Below are positions 29,280-39,943 of a DNA stretch of 64,000 bases, one piece after another; within the stretch, counting starts at the first letter, position 1, and each line of letters starts with the position of its first letter. The stretch is from contig OY970223.1 in assembly GCA_963714015.1 (NCBI GenBank), forward strand, positions 1,056,001 through 1,120,000, read 5' to 3'. A program made the translations under genes and the position numbers. The notes under the pieces were generated by a model. The model worked only from the letters and a program-made list of their open reading frames with translations, ran no database searches and had not been told where the DNA came from. The DNA is from Vulcanimicrobiota bacterium (lineage in GTDB: Bacteria > Vulcanimicrobiota > Vulcanimicrobiia > Vulcanimicrobiales > Vulcanimicrobiaceae).

Positions 29280-30934
29280 TTAGGAGTCGCTCCGGCCCCC
29301 GAGGCGCTCGCAAATGCTCGCTCGACAATGAGGCGATGGTCCGCCGAATACGGGAGCGTCCCCATCGTGCGGCCCCAGCGGCCTGCGACGCGTGACTCGA
29401 TGAACAGATCGCCGGCCGGGCTTTGCGGATCGCCCGCGATGAGCGCGGCCTGCCAGAGCAGCGCCAACCGCTCCACTAAGAAGCGCGCCTGATCCTCGTG
29501 GGCGTCGCGCAACCCCGCAGTCAAATCGTCCACGGCCGTTCGAATACGCGCGTCGCCCATGACCGGTTCCATCTCACGCCGGAATGCTTCGATTGCACCC
29601 GGCTGCTTGGCAAAAATGCGCATAACGTCGAGCGCGTTGATGTTGCCCGAACCTTCCCAAATGGAGTTCAGCGGCGCTTCACGATAAATGCGCGGCATGC
29701 CCGATTCTTCGACGTAGCCGTTGCCGCCCAGACACTCCAGTGCTTCAGCGGTCACGGTGGGCACGCGCTTGCAGACGTAATATTTGCCGATAGCCGTACC
29801 GAGCCGGCGCACGACCAACTCGTGCGGATCGTCATTTGCCCGGTCGACGGAGCGCGCTAGACGCAGCATCAGAATGACGGCCGCCTCGGATTCCAGAGCC
29901 ACGTCGGCGAGAACGTTCTGCATCAGCGGGTGATCGATTAAGCGCTTTCCGAAGGTGCTGCGGTGGCGCGCGTGGTGGACCGCCTGAACAACCGCTTGGC
30001 GCATGAGCGCGGCCGAACCGTTGATGCAATCCAAGCGCGTGAAGTTCACCATCTCGACGATTGTCTGCACGCCGCGGCCTTCCTCACCCAGCCGCAGAGC
30101 CGAGGCGCCGTCAGACTCGATTTCCGAGGACGCGTTCGAGCGATTTCCGAGCTTATCTTTGAGCCGCTGTATCGTGATCGCGTTACGGCTTCCATCCTCC
30201 AGAATGCGCGGCATGAAGAAGCACGTTAATCCGTGCCCGGTTTGCGCCAGCACCAGGAATGCGTCGCTCATCGGCGCCGAGCAGAACCACTTGTGGCCCG
30301 TGAGCAAATAGGCATCACCGGCCGGCGTCCGCTGCGCGAACTGCGCGCGCGTCACGTTGGCGCGTACGTCCGATCCGCCTTGCTTCTCGGTCATCGCCAT
30401 TCCGCAAAGGGCGCTCTGCTTTTCGGCTATGGGCGCTAACTGCGGATCGTAACCGGGGGCAACGAGCTTCGATTCCCATTGGGCGGTAATTTGCGGCCCA
30501 GTTCGAAGGGCGGGCACGCCCGCGTAGGTCATCGATATGGGACAGCCGTGGCCTGCTTCTACTTGGCCCCAGACGTAAAACTTGGCGGCGCGGTTGAGAT
30601 GCGCGTCCGGAGAGTCGCTTTGCCACGGCGCGGCATGAAGACCGTAGCGCGCGGCAACGCGCATCAATTCGTGATAAGCAGGGTGAAACTCGACTTCGTC
30701 GATGCGGTTTCCGAAGCGATCGTGCGTGTGCAGCACCGGCGGGTATTCGTTTGCCAGCCGTCCCCACGTCTGCGCAGTCTCACTCCCCGCCAGCAGGCCG
30801 ATCTCATTCAGTTCGGGAGCAGCGCCGGCGCGCGAAAATCGCTCGAGGCCTCTGCGCAGCGCAATATCGCTATCGAAAACGTTGTAATCGATCAGCGCGG
30901 GCGGTTGATTGGCGACTTCCATAGGGCCGCGCAT
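29276..30934 (-). CDS. aidB: Acyl-CoA dehydrogenase, AidB-like
   Basis: NQPPAL, VEFHPAYH, CPISMT, MTEKQGGSDV, KLGNRSNASSE, NSIWEGSGN; start at 30934 or 30922. Confidence 0.85.
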   Translation of the reverse strand: MRGPMEVANQPPALIDYNVFDSDIALRRGLERFSRAGAAPELNEIGLLAGSETAQTWGRLANEYPPVLHTHDRFGNRIDEVEFHPAYHELMRVAARYGLHAAPWQSDSPDAHLNRAAKFYVWGQVEAGHGCPISMTYAGVPALRTGPQITAQWESKLVAPGYDPQLAPIAEKQSALCGMAMTEKQGGSDVRANVTRAQFAQRTPAGDAYLLTGHKWFCSAPMSDAFLVLAQTGHGLTCFFMPRILEDGSRNAITIQRLKDKLGNRSNASSEIESDGASALRLGEEGRGVQTIVEMVNFTRLDCINGSAALMRQAVVQAVHHARHRSTFGKRLIDHPLMQNVLADVALESEAAVILMLRLARSVDRANDDPHELVVRRLGTAIGKYYVCKRVPTVTAEALECLGGNGYVEESGMPRIYREAPLNSIWEGSGNINALDVMRIFAKQPGAIEAFRREMEPVMGDARIRTAVDDLTAGLRDAHEDQARFLVERLALLWQAALIAGDPQSPAGDLFIESRVAGRWGRTMGTLPYSADHRLIVERAFASASGAGATPK

Positions 30935-30941
30935 AGAAGGT

Positions 30942-32265
30942 TCACTCGGCCGCCGCTGAGCGAATCTCCTGTCTGCGCGAGCGCAGCGTGGCCGTTATTG
31001 CGAGCGCGGCGAGCGCGACCGCGGAAAACGCTAAATACGTCGTGCGATATGCCGCCTCGTCCGATATGGCCGTGCCCATGATGCCGCCGGCGACGGAACC
31101 ACCGACGATCTGTCCGACGATCAAGAACTGACTGAGGAGTCCGATAGCCGTGGCCCGCGTACGCTCGGTGCTCTCGTTTGTGACGATATACCTCGTCGGG
31201 GCGCCGAGCAGTGCTCCAAAGCCGATGCCTGCAACGATCATTGCGACGACCGAGAGCGCGAACGAATCGAAGCCCAGCGCGAAAATCAGCAACCCCAATT
31301 CGGTCAGCAGGCAGCCCCCCACCAATACGTCACGGCTGCCGATCCGGTCGAGCGCGCGCCCCGACGCCGGGATCACGACGACGAACGTCAATGCGCCGAT
31401 TGCGGCGACGCCGCCGGCGACGGCGTACGAAAGATGCTGTGCTCCGACTAAGACGGCCGGAATAAAGAAAAGCGATCCTTCGAGAATTCCGATGACGATC
31501 TCGAGCGCGAACGTTTTTGCGAGCCTGCGCATTGGTGAAGAGCGCCGGTGGTACGATGGGGTTCTCGGTAGTGCGCTCCCAAAACGAAAATGCGACGAGC
31601 AGCAGCAGCCCAAAAACAATCGTAACCGCATGCACGCCGCTGATGCCGTACATCAAGAACAGCAATCCGATCGTCAGCAGCAGCAAACCCGGCAGGTCGA
31701 GCGGTCCGCGCACGCGCGGCGCGTTTACCGGCACGTGCGAGAATGCGAATGCCAGCACTGCTGCTCCCAGCGGAAAATTGAGCGCAAAGATCCAGCGCCA
31801 CGAGACGAAGTGCGTGACCAGCCCACCGTAGAGCGGCCCGAGTACGGCCGCTAGCCCCCACGTTGCGGCGACCATCCCGAGCGCGGCGCCGCGCCGCTCC
31901 GGCGGGACGCGATCGCCGATGGCGGCCGTCGCTACCGGAAAGATACCGCCCGCTCCGAAGGCTTGAATGGCGCGCGCAAAGAGAAACATGCCGTAGTCTT
32001 GCGAGAGCACTGCGAGCGCGCTGCCAATTAAAAAGATGCTTACGCACGCAACGTAGATCGGGCGCCGTCCGTAGCGGTCGGCTAGCGTGCTCATTACCGC
32101 GATGCCGGCGATGTTGACGAGCAAGTACAGCGTAAAAACCCACGACAGATCGCCGATTGCGACGCTGAACTGTTTGCCGAGGGCCGGCAGGGCAGGCGAA
32201 AGTACGCTGAGATCGAGCGCGCCCAAAAAGACGCCCAGTCCGAGCGTCAGCAGCAGCGGCAGCAC
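30942..32265 (-). CDS. MFS transporter, DHA2-like (frameshift at about 31523; start uncertain)
   Basis: LADRYGRR, ARAIQAFGAGG, WRWIF, DLPG; the second half continues in ORF 30942-31631. Confidence 0.82.
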
Positions 32266-32321
32266 CGAACGGTCCAGCCGGTGTCCTGCGATCGTTGCGG
32301 TTTGCGTGCCGGCAGCCTCGT

Positions 32322-33260
32322 CTATAAGAGAAACCGGTCGAGCACCATGAACGCGCATATCGCCGCTAGATAGAAGAGCGAGTACAGAAACGCCGATCGG
32401 GCGGCTTGGCGTTCCGATCCTGCGCGCGTGTCGGGCGTTTTGAGCAGCCGCACCACGTCACGAACGAAAAACAGGCCCAAAACTGCTGCGGCCGCCGCGT
32501 AGAGCGCTCCCATGACGTGCAGCGGATACCAGAGCACCAGCGACCCTGCAACCAGCAGCAGCGTGTAGACCAAAATCTCTATCTTCGTCCGGCGCACGCC
32601 CAGAACGTTCGGCAGCATGGGAACCCCGGCGCGCTCGTAATCCGTGTCGGTCATCAGCGCAAGCGACCAGAAATGCGGCGGCGTCCACAAAAAGATGATT
32701 GCGAAAAGTCCGACGGCCGGCCATCCGACGTGGTTCGTCACCGCGGCCCACCCGACGAGCGGCGGAATCGATCCCGCAGCGCCGCCGATGACGATGTTTT
32801 GCGGCGTTCTGCGCTTGAGGAGCATTGTGTATAGTGCGACGTAGTAGACGTTTCCGCTCAAGGAAAGCCACGCCGCCAGATGGTTGACGCGCAGATAGAA
32901 GATCGCGAAGGAGATTACGCCCATGACGCACGCGTGCGTAGTCGCCGCGAAGATCGTGATACGTCCGGAGGGAATCGGCCGCGAGGCCGTTCGCTTCATC
33001 AGACGGTCGATATCGGCGTCGTAGACGCAATTCAGCGTTCCGGCAGACATCGCCGCCAGGGCTCCGCCCAGAATCGTCCACAACAGCACCGGCGCTGAAG
33101 GAAGCCCGCGCGCCGCCATGATCATCGCCGCGACCGTGGTGACCAGAAGAAGATACATGATCCGCGGCTTGCCGAGATCGTAGTAGTCGAGGGCTTTTCC
33201 CACAAGTCCCGCAGCTCGCGTCTGGGTTACGCCCGCAACGCGCGCAAGCGCAGCGTTCAT
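32322..33260 (-). CDS. ctaB: Protoheme IX farnesyltransferase (heme o synthase)
   Basis: DADIDRLMKRTASRP, LKRRTPQNIVIGG, WTPPHFW. Confidence 0.95.
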   Translation of the reverse strand: MNAALARVAGVTQTRAAGLVGKALDYYDLGKPRIMYLLLVTTVAAMIMAARGLPSAPVLLWTILGGALAAMSAGTLNCVYDADIDRLMKRTASRPIPSGRITIFAATTHACVMGVISFAIFYLRVNHLAAWLSLSGNVYYVALYTMLLKRRTPQNIVIGGAAGSIPPLVGWAAVTNHVGWPAVGLFAIIFLWTPPHFWSLALMTDTDYERAGVPMLPNVLGVRRTKIEILVYTLLLVAGSLVLWYPLHVMGALYAAAAAVLGLFFVRDVVRLLKTPDTRAGSERQAARSAFLYSLFYLAAICAFMVLDRFLL

Positions 33261-34162
33261 CGCGCAGATACCCCTTGGGTGATGGAGGTGCGTCCCGAAA
33301 CTCGTGCGATTTCGAGCGCGCTCGCGACAACGAACGAAAGAAACACGAGCGCAGCGTTCGCCGCATGAGCTTCACGCAGATCGATCGGAAGACGCAGCGC
33401 TACGTTAAGCAGACCCAGGAGAACCTGAACGAACAGCAGCGCCAAACCTGCGCTGGCCGCAATCCGAACGTTGCGCGGCGCCTCCAGCGCCCAAACGATG
33501 GTGAACGCCAGGACGCCGGTCAGGAGCGCTGCCGCTGCAACGAAGCGATGGAGCATTTGAACATACTGTCCCGCCGTATATACCACGACATTGCCGGCAC
33601 AACCCGGAACCTGGAGGCAGGCGAGGCCCGCACCACTGGAACTGACGTACGCGCCTATGCACATCGTGACGAATGTCATAAAAGTTGCGGCAAATAGAGC
33701 TGCCAGCACGATACCGTTTCCGCGCGAACCGGCGGCGGGAGCCGCCAGCGAAAATACGGCCATTGCCGCGAGGGACGCGACGAACGCCATTGCCGTTCCC
33801 CAATGCCAAACGACGGAGAGCGGACTATTCGAAAGATGTACGGTGGCAGCACCGAGGAAAACTTGAAAAGCGAACAGCGCGGCAACGATGGAAGCGATCG
33901 GTGTGACGAAACGCGCGCGGCTGCGCCGGCGCCAGGCGGCTATCAGCAGTGCGACGACCAGAATGGAGAGGAGCGCAGCGGTCAACCGATGCGTCCATTC
34001 CCAGACCGTGCCGCCGCCCATGGAGGGAATGAATTCGCCGTGGCACAGCGGATAGTCCGGACACGTCATGCCTGCTCCGTTGATTCGGGTCCAACTGCCC
34101 AGCATGACTTCGCCGTAAGCGACGGCTACCGCCGCGAGGCTGAGGCGCGCAAGAGTCCTCAC
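33257..34162 (-). CDS. ctaA: Heme A synthase (COX15/CtaA)
   Basis: GMTCPDYPLC, WEWTHR, GAGLAC, QMLHR, EAHAA. Confidence 0.9.
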   Translation of the reverse strand: MRTLARLSLAAVAVAYGEVMLGSWTRINGAGMTCPDYPLCHGEFIPSMGGGTVWEWTHRLTAALLSILVVALLIAAWRRRSRARFVTPIASIVAALFAFQVFLGAATVHLSNSPLSVVWHWGTAMAFVASLAAMAVFSLAAPAAGSRGNGIVLAALFAATFMTFVTMCIGAYVSSSGAGLACLQVPGCAGNVVVYTAGQYVQMLHRFVAAAALLTGVLAFTIVWALEAPRNVRIAASAGLALLFVQVLLGLLNVALRLPIDLREAHAANAALVFLSFVVASALEIARVSGRTSITQGVSAR

Positions 34163-34171
34163 TAGACGTTC

Positions 34172-34210
34172 AGTCTATCGGAAGGCGCCCGTCCGGACAA
34201 TGATTTTGTC
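34172..34210 (-). promoter_or_regulatory. Sigma70-type promoter of ctaA with an overlapping palindrome
   Basis: Minus strand TTGTCC-N17-TAGACT ends 9 nt before the GTG start, with no SD (near-leaderless). GACAA-N5-TTGTC (34196-34210) overlaps the -35. Confidence 0.5.
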
Positions 34211-34224
34211 GGCCGGCGCCATTC

Positions 34225-34899
34225 TCAGCATCCGCTGAAGGCAGCGTCGGCGTGAGACGCGGCGGTGTCCTCGTCGCGAATGATGGCCGGGAAGCGGGCC
34301 TGGAAATCCTTGGCGGCGTTTTGCGCGTACGCAGTCGCCGTATACTTGCTGCGCAGCGCGGGCGGCGCGTACGGATCCGGCGCGAAGAAGTCGTTGTCCA
34401 TCGGACTTCCCGCCTCGCTCAGGCCGCGATTGTCGAGGTAATCGACGTAGGCAAGATAGCCGTCGAAGTCGCGCGCCATTTTTAGCTGCCGTCCGATTGC
34501 CCCGCCCAGGGCGTCCGCGAATGCTTTCAGCTCCTTTGCTTCTTGCGGGTCGCCGGATTTTGCGGCGAGCGCGCGAAGCGCCGCGATTTCGTTTTGGCCG
34601 CTGGCCGACTGCTTGTGAAGCGACGATGCGAGGTCGCGCAAAACCGCGAGACCCGCGTTGCGGTGTATGAGGCTGCCGTCGTCTAAATTCACCATGCGCA
34701 GTTGCGTAATGCTTTGGGAGATCACTTCGTTGTCTTCAAGCGTGAACGTGATGGCGTCGTTGGCGTGCGTGACGATCTGAGCGCAACGCGCCGAGGCGCG
34801 AACGTTTGCAATCGTTTTCAGCGGGGCAGACGCTACAGGAGATGGCGAAGGCGACGGGCTTGCCGACGCAAGCGCTGCGAGCAAGATATGCGCGAACAT
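34225..34899 (-). CDS. Secreted hypothetical protein
   Basis: Signal peptide, SP-repeat linker, PLKTIANVRA motif, terminal Cys. Confidence 0.65.
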   Translation of the reverse strand: MFAHILLAALASASPSPSPSPVASAPLKTIANVRASARCAQIVTHANDAITFTLEDNEVISQSITQLRMVNLDDGSLIHRNAGLAVLRDLASSLHKQSASGQNEIAALRALAAKSGDPQEAKELKAFADALGGAIGRQLKMARDFDGYLAYVDYLDNRGLSEAGSPMDNDFFAPDPYAPPALRSKYTATAYAQNAAKDFQARFPAIIRDEDTAASHADAAFSGC

Positions 34900-34917
34900 A
34901 CGCGAAACGGCTTGCGC

Positions 34918-35352
34918 GTGAAGCGCCTCTGGCCCCTGCTAGCTTTGGTCCTTGTCACGGGCTGCCGGGACGTTCGCGTGAAGACGCTGGCCATCGGGGA
35001 CACCGCTGTTCTCGGCGGCGGAAATGAAATCGTCATCGTCCGCGATGACCCCTCGCTCGAGAAACTGGGGATTCGGGCGCCCGTCCGCTACCGCAACGAG
35101 TTCGGCGTCGTGCTTTTAATGGGTCCGTACGATCGGAGCGGGTACCGGCAGATCATCGAGTCCATCCGCGCGAACCCCGACGGAGTACGCGTGGTCGCAT
35201 TCGAAGAGTCCCCCGCAAATGGGGGAGAACCTTCCGACAAATATCGTACGTATACGCTTTGGATTGTCCCAAACTCGGTCTATCGGCGGGGGATAAAGGT
35301 ACAAGTCGTAACGCCGTCCGATACCCCGGTTGCTTCGACGGTACTGCCTTGA
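34918..35352 (+). CDS. Lipoprotein, PrcB C-terminal-like domain
   Basis: Lipobox VTGC; LLMGPYDRSGY resembles the PrcB G..TGGY segment. Confidence 0.55.
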   Translation: MKRLWPLLALVLVTGCRDVRVKTLAIGDTAVLGGGNEIVIVRDDPSLEKLGIRAPVRYRNEFGVVLLMGPYDRSGYRQIIESIRANPDGVRVVAFEESPANGGEPSDKYRTYTLWIVPNSVYRRGIKVQVVTPSDTPVASTVLP

Positions 35353-35415
35353 ATCGGGGTACGAGCGTTTTCGAAGGTCTAAGGCTTTACGCAGGTATGT
35401 CGATACTCTAGAGGT

Positions 35416-36519
35416 TTGATGCTGGCACACGACACGATCGAATCCGAGTTTCAAGTCCGGCGGCTGGGTTTGGCCCTCGAGCCGAATGGAACCGCATCGG
35501 AAGCCGAAGGCACGCTGAATCCCGCAAGTGCTCGCGCCCGCAGCGGCGAGTTGATCGTCTACCCCCGCGATGTTGCGCGCGGAAACATTTCCCGTGTCGG
35601 TTTGGTCCGTGGCGTACCCAGAGGCGACGGCTTTACGTTCGAGCGAGAAGGCTTTGCGCTCGAGCCCGACGCCCCTTACGAGCTTCGGACGCATCCCGGT
35701 TACGGTTGCGAGGATCCGCGAGTGACGTTCGTTCCGGTTCTCGATTCTTACGTCATGGCGTACACGGCCTTCGGTCCGCAAGGTCCGCGCATCGCGGTCG
35801 CAATATCGGAAGACGCGATCGCCTGGAAGCGCGTCGGATTACTGCACTTCGATAAACCGGGCATGCACATCGGCGACGACAAAGACGCCGCCTTCTTTCC
35901 GGAACCGGTCACCTCGCCGTCCGGCGTGAAGTCGCTGGCACTCTACCATCGCCCGATGCTTCACCTTTCAGCCGTCGACGGCCGCGCGGCTATTCCGATG
36001 ATCGAACGAATGCCGTTCGCCGATCGTGAATCGATCCGCATGGCGTACATTCCGCTCGAGCCCGTGCTCGACGACGTCGAGAAAATTTTGGACGTGGCCG
36101 AAAGCGTACTCGTCATGTCGCCGGACGCCCATTGGGGTTCGCTCAAACTTGGCGCGGGCACGCCTCCGGTGCGAATCGCAGAAGGATGGATGTCGCTCTT
36201 TCACGCCGTCGACGTCATCGACCACGGCGTGAGTAAACCGAAGCTGCGCTATAGCGCCGGCATGATGATTCATGACTACGATGAGCCGCACCGCATCGTG
36301 TACCGTTCGCCGGTACCGCTGTTGTCGCCGCAGTCCGACGCAGAGTTGCGCGGCATCGTAGACAACGTCGTTTTTCCAACAGCGATCGATCCGCGCCCCG
36401 ATCTCGGGCCGCGCACGTTTGATTTCTATTACGGCATGGCCGACTGGTCCATCGGCGCCGCACGCCTTACATTGGGCGATGACGGCGGATCGGGCAAACC
36501 AGCCGAAACAGCTGCTTAG
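35416..36519 (+). CDS. GH130-like glycosidase/phosphorylase (five-bladed propeller)
   Basis: GTLNP, GCEDPRV, MAYTA, DKDAAFFPE, KLGAGTPP, NVVFPT, YYGMAD. Confidence 0.85.
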   Translation: MMLAHDTIESEFQVRRLGLALEPNGTASEAEGTLNPASARARSGELIVYPRDVARGNISRVGLVRGVPRGDGFTFEREGFALEPDAPYELRTHPGYGCEDPRVTFVPVLDSYVMAYTAFGPQGPRIAVAISEDAIAWKRVGLLHFDKPGMHIGDDKDAAFFPEPVTSPSGVKSLALYHRPMLHLSAVDGRAAIPMIERMPFADRESIRMAYIPLEPVLDDVEKILDVAESVLVMSPDAHWGSLKLGAGTPPVRIAEGWMSLFHAVDVIDHGVSKPKLRYSAGMMIHDYDEPHRIVYRSPVPLLSPQSDAELRGIVDNVVFPTAIDPRPDLGPRTFDFYYGMADWSIGAARLTLGDDGGSGKPAETAA

Positions 36520-37021
36520 ATATCTCCTGATTGCGACGGTGCTCGTCGTGAGCGCCGTCGTAATCGTAGCGGGTTACGCCAATCGCGAACGGCTCGCCCT
36601 GAAGATCAAGTCCGTGTACGCCCCCGCAGCGCCGAAACCGGTATCTCCGGGCCTGCAAACACGCCGTGCCGACAGCGCGTTCATTGCCGACGCGCGATGG
36701 GCGTTCTCGGCGCTTCCCGAGTGTTTCACGCAGCAGAGCCGCACGACCGGCCCGGGCGCATACGTGCTGCCGCATCTGCCCAAAGACGCGCGCCGCGTTG
36801 CGCAGGGTTCGACGATATTTGCGGGCGACTGCCGCGCGTTCGTGCACGGGTCGGACGTTTGGGTTTGGCGCGGCAAGGATCGCCTGCGCATTCCGCCCCC
36901 GGCGAGGCTTTACGAGTCCGGTTCCGGTCATAACCGGATGCTCGAACTGCTGCAAGGACCCCCGAACGCTCTGGATTTGCGAGTGTATTCGCTCTCACCC
37001 GCGAATGGGCCGTCTACGTGA
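36479..37021 (+). CDS. Hypothetical membrane-anchored protein
   Basis: N-terminal TM helix; stop overlaps the prfC start (GTGA). Confidence 0.6.
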   Translation: MTADRANQPKQLLRYLLIATVLVVSAVVIVAGYANRERLALKIKSVYAPAAPKPVSPGLQTRRADSAFIADARWAFSALPECFTQQSRTTGPGAYVLPHLPKDARRVAQGSTIFAGDCRAFVHGSDVWVWRGKDRLRIPPPARLYESGSGHNRMLELLQGPPNALDLRVYSLSPANGPST

Positions 37022-38652
37022 CTCCGATTGAAGAAGAAGTCCGCAAGCGGCGGACGTTTGCGATCATCTCCCATCCCGACGCCGGAAAGACGACGCTCAC
37101 CGAAAAGCTGTTGCTCTACGGCGGCGCAATTCAGACGGCCGGTCAGGTTTCGGCGCGCCGGGCGCAGCGCGCCGCGACGAGCGATTGGATGGAACTGGAG
37201 AAGCAACGCGGCATTTCCATCACCTCGACCGTGCTGCAGTTTCCGTACGGCGGCTACACGATCAACTTGCTCGACACGCCCGGACACCAAGACTTCGGCG
37301 AGGACACGTATCGCACGCTGCTTGCCGCCGACAGCGCAGTGATGCTCATCGACGCGGCCAAAGGCGTGGAACCGCAGACGAAAAAGCTCTTTGCAATCTG
37401 CCGCGCGCGCCGCATACCGCTCTTCACCTTCATCAACAAGATGGATCGGCCCAGCCGCGATCCGTTGGAGTTGCTCGACGAGCTGGAAAACGTGCTCGGC
37501 ATCGGCGCGTTTCCAATGAACTGGCCGCTTGGAAATGGGTCCTCGTTCAAGGGCGTATACGATCGCGCTGCGCGTGAGGTGCACCTTTTCGAGCGCAGCG
37601 CTCACGGTGCCAAGCGGGCTCACGTGCAAGTTGCGGACGTGAACGATCCGCAGATCCGCGAGCTTTTGGACGAGCACTCCTTTTCCGAGTTTCGCGACGG
37701 TTTGGAGTTGCTCGAAGGGGCAGGAGCCCGGTTCGATCTTGAAGCGATGCTGCACGGCGACGTGACGCCGGTGTTCTTCGGGAGCGCCGTCACGAACTTC
37801 GGAGTGCAAAACTTCCTGGATTCCTTCGTGAAGCTTTGTCCTGCACCGGCGGCGCGCCTCTCCGATAAAGGAGCGGTCGATCCGGCGTCGGAGCAGTTCT
37901 CGGGATTCGTCTTCAAAATTCAGGCGAACATGGATCCGCGCCATCGCGATCGCGTGGCGTTCGTGCGCGTGTGCTCCGGCAAATTCGAACGCGACATGAC
38001 GGTGCGCAACGCGCGCACCGGAAGAGAAGTGCGACTATCAAGGGCGATGCGGCTGTTCGCAAGCGAACGCGAGTCGCTGGACGCCGCATATGCCGGCGAC
38101 GTGGTTGGTTTGGCTAACCCGGGCGTCTTTGCGATTGGGGACACACTTTCGGACGGGCCGGCTCTGCAGTTCGAGCCGATGCCGTCTTTTTCGCCGGAAC
38201 ATTTTGCCTCTTTGCGCAGTATCGATACTTCGAGTTACAAATCGTTCGGGAAAGGAATCGCACAGCTGAGGGAAGAGGGCGCTATTCAGGTGATGTATCC
38301 GTTCGGCTCGATGCGGACCGAACCCATTTTGGCGGCGGTCGGTGAGTTGCAGTTCGAGGTCGCTAAGTACCGGCTGGAATCCGAGTACAACGTAAAGACC
38401 GTCTTCTCGGCGCTTCCATACGCAGTGGCGCGGCGAGTGACCGGCGACTCAGCCGAAATCGCTCGCGCGCAGCTGCCGACGAACGCCAAGCTGGTCGAAG
38501 ATTGGGACGGACATCCGGTCGCGCTCTTCGAATCGGAATGGAGCCTGCGGCTGGCCGAGGAGTGGAATCCTGAGCTGAGTTTCGTATCCTTTACCGCAAT
38601 CGTCGAGAGGCAAAATGAAGAGATTTTTCGCGCTCGCGCCGGCGGCGCTTAG
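37018..38652 (+). CDS. prfC: Peptide chain release factor 3
   Basis: RRTFAIISHPDAGKTTLTEK, SDWMELEKQRGISI, DTPGHQDF, FKIQANMDPRHRDR. Confidence 0.97.
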   Translation: MTPIEEEVRKRRTFAIISHPDAGKTTLTEKLLLYGGAIQTAGQVSARRAQRAATSDWMELEKQRGISITSTVLQFPYGGYTINLLDTPGHQDFGEDTYRTLLAADSAVMLIDAAKGVEPQTKKLFAICRARRIPLFTFINKMDRPSRDPLELLDELENVLGIGAFPMNWPLGNGSSFKGVYDRAAREVHLFERSAHGAKRAHVQVADVNDPQIRELLDEHSFSEFRDGLELLEGAGARFDLEAMLHGDVTPVFFGSAVTNFGVQNFLDSFVKLCPAPAARLSDKGAVDPASEQFSGFVFKIQANMDPRHRDRVAFVRVCSGKFERDMTVRNARTGREVRLSRAMRLFASERESLDAAYAGDVVGLANPGVFAIGDTLSDGPALQFEPMPSFSPEHFASLRSIDTSSYKSFGKGIAQLREEGAIQVMYPFGSMRTEPILAAVGELQFEVAKYRLESEYNVKTVFSALPYAVARRVTGDSAEIARAQLPTNAKLVEDWDGHPVALFESEWSLRLAEEWNPELSFVSFTAIVERQNEEIFRARAGGA

Positions 38653-38995
38653 TTTTGCGGCCGCGCTCAGCCTGACTGCGTGCGCCGGCAATCCAAATCA
38701 AGGCGAGGCGGATAAAATTACGCGCGCCGTCATCAACAACGACATGTCGCCCGTCATGAACGACATCGCGCCGTCGATCAAAGGCGAAATCACGCGGGTG
38801 CGCATTGCGGAAATCTCGGACGAGCTCAACGATCAGGGGGCTTACCAAGGGCTCAAAGAAGACCCGTCATGGTGCAATCCGGGCTTCCATTGTTTCGACG
38901 TACAGTTTGCCAAGCGCCCCTACTACGAAAAGATGAAGATCGACTCCGGCGGAAAGGTCGAGTACTGGTGGATACGCGCAACCAAACCGCAGTAG
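38615..38995 (+). CDS. Lipoprotein
   Basis: MKRFF...LTAC lipobox; 126 aa. Confidence 0.7.
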   Translation: MKRFFALAPAALSFAAALSLTACAGNPNQGEADKITRAVINNDMSPVMNDIAPSIKGEITRVRIAEISDELNDQGAYQGLKEDPSWCNPGFHCFDVQFAKRPYYEKMKIDSGGKVEYWWIRATKPQ

Positions 38996-39942
38996 GCATC
39001 GACGACGTTCGCGCCGCTGCGCGAAGGCTCCACGGGATCGTTCATAAGACGCCCGTCCTAAGTTCACGCACGCTGGACGAGTTGACCGGCGGACGCGTTT
39101 TTCTGAAATGCGAGAACTTTCAGCGTATGGGCGCGTTCAAAGTGCGCGGCGCATACAACCGGATGGTGCAACTGGCGGAACGCGAGCGCAGCGGCGGCGT
39201 TGTAGCCTTCTCGAGCGGAAATCACGCTCAAGGCGTCGCACTGGCGGGCCGGCTACTGAACATACCCGCAATTATCGTAATGCCGTCGGATGCGCCCTCG
39301 TCCAAAATTGAGGCGACGCAAGGCTACGGCGCCGAGATCGTGTTTTACGATCGGAACCGCTCGCACCGCACCGAAATCGCGCAGCGCATCTGCATGGAAC
39401 GTGGAGCGACGCTCGTTCCGCCGTTCGACGACCCGCATATCATCGCGGGCGCGGGAACGGCCGCACTCGAGCTGCTTCAAGAAGTTGACGCGCTCGACGT
39501 CGTGGCAACGCCGGTGGGCGGGGGCGGATTGCTCTCGGGAACTTCAATCGCCGTCCACGCCGCGAATCCCGGCATCGCGGTCTACGGCGTGGAGCCCCAG
39601 GCCGGCAACGACGTGCAGCGTTCACTCGAAGAAGGCAAGATCGTACACACGGACGTGCCTCAGACGATCGCCGACGGACTGCAGACGCAGGCTCCCGGCG
39701 AGTTGACGTTTCCGATCATCCGCGATCACGTGACCGCTATCGTAACGGTCACCGACGATCAGCTCGTTCAAGCGATGCGCTTTGCGTTCGAGCGAATGAA
39801 GCTCGTTATCGAACCCAGCGGAGCCGCCGCTCTTGCGGCCGTCATGAACGGCATCATCGACGTACGCGGAAAAACGGCAGGCCTGATCGTGAGCGGCGGA
39901 AACGTCGACGCGCAGCGCTTCAGCCGGCTGCTCAGCTCCTGA
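38968..39942 (+). CDS. PLP-dependent threonine/serine dehydratase (serine racemase-like)
   Basis: KCENFQRMGAFKVRGA, SSGNHAQG, PVGGGGL, EPSGA, SGGNVD; no ACT domain. Confidence 0.9.
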   Translation: MDTRNQTAVGIDDVRAAARRLHGIVHKTPVLSSRTLDELTGGRVFLKCENFQRMGAFKVRGAYNRMVQLAERERSGGVVAFSSGNHAQGVALAGRLLNIPAIIVMPSDAPSSKIEATQGYGAEIVFYDRNRSHRTEIAQRICMERGATLVPPFDDPHIIAGAGTAALELLQEVDALDVVATPVGGGGLLSGTSIAVHAANPGIAVYGVEPQAGNDVQRSLEEGKIVHTDVPQTIADGLQTQAPGELTFPIIRDHVTAIVTVTDDQLVQAMRFAFERMKLVIEPSGAAALAAVMNGIIDVRGKTAGLIVSGGNVDAQRFSRLLSS

Positions 39943-39943
39943 C

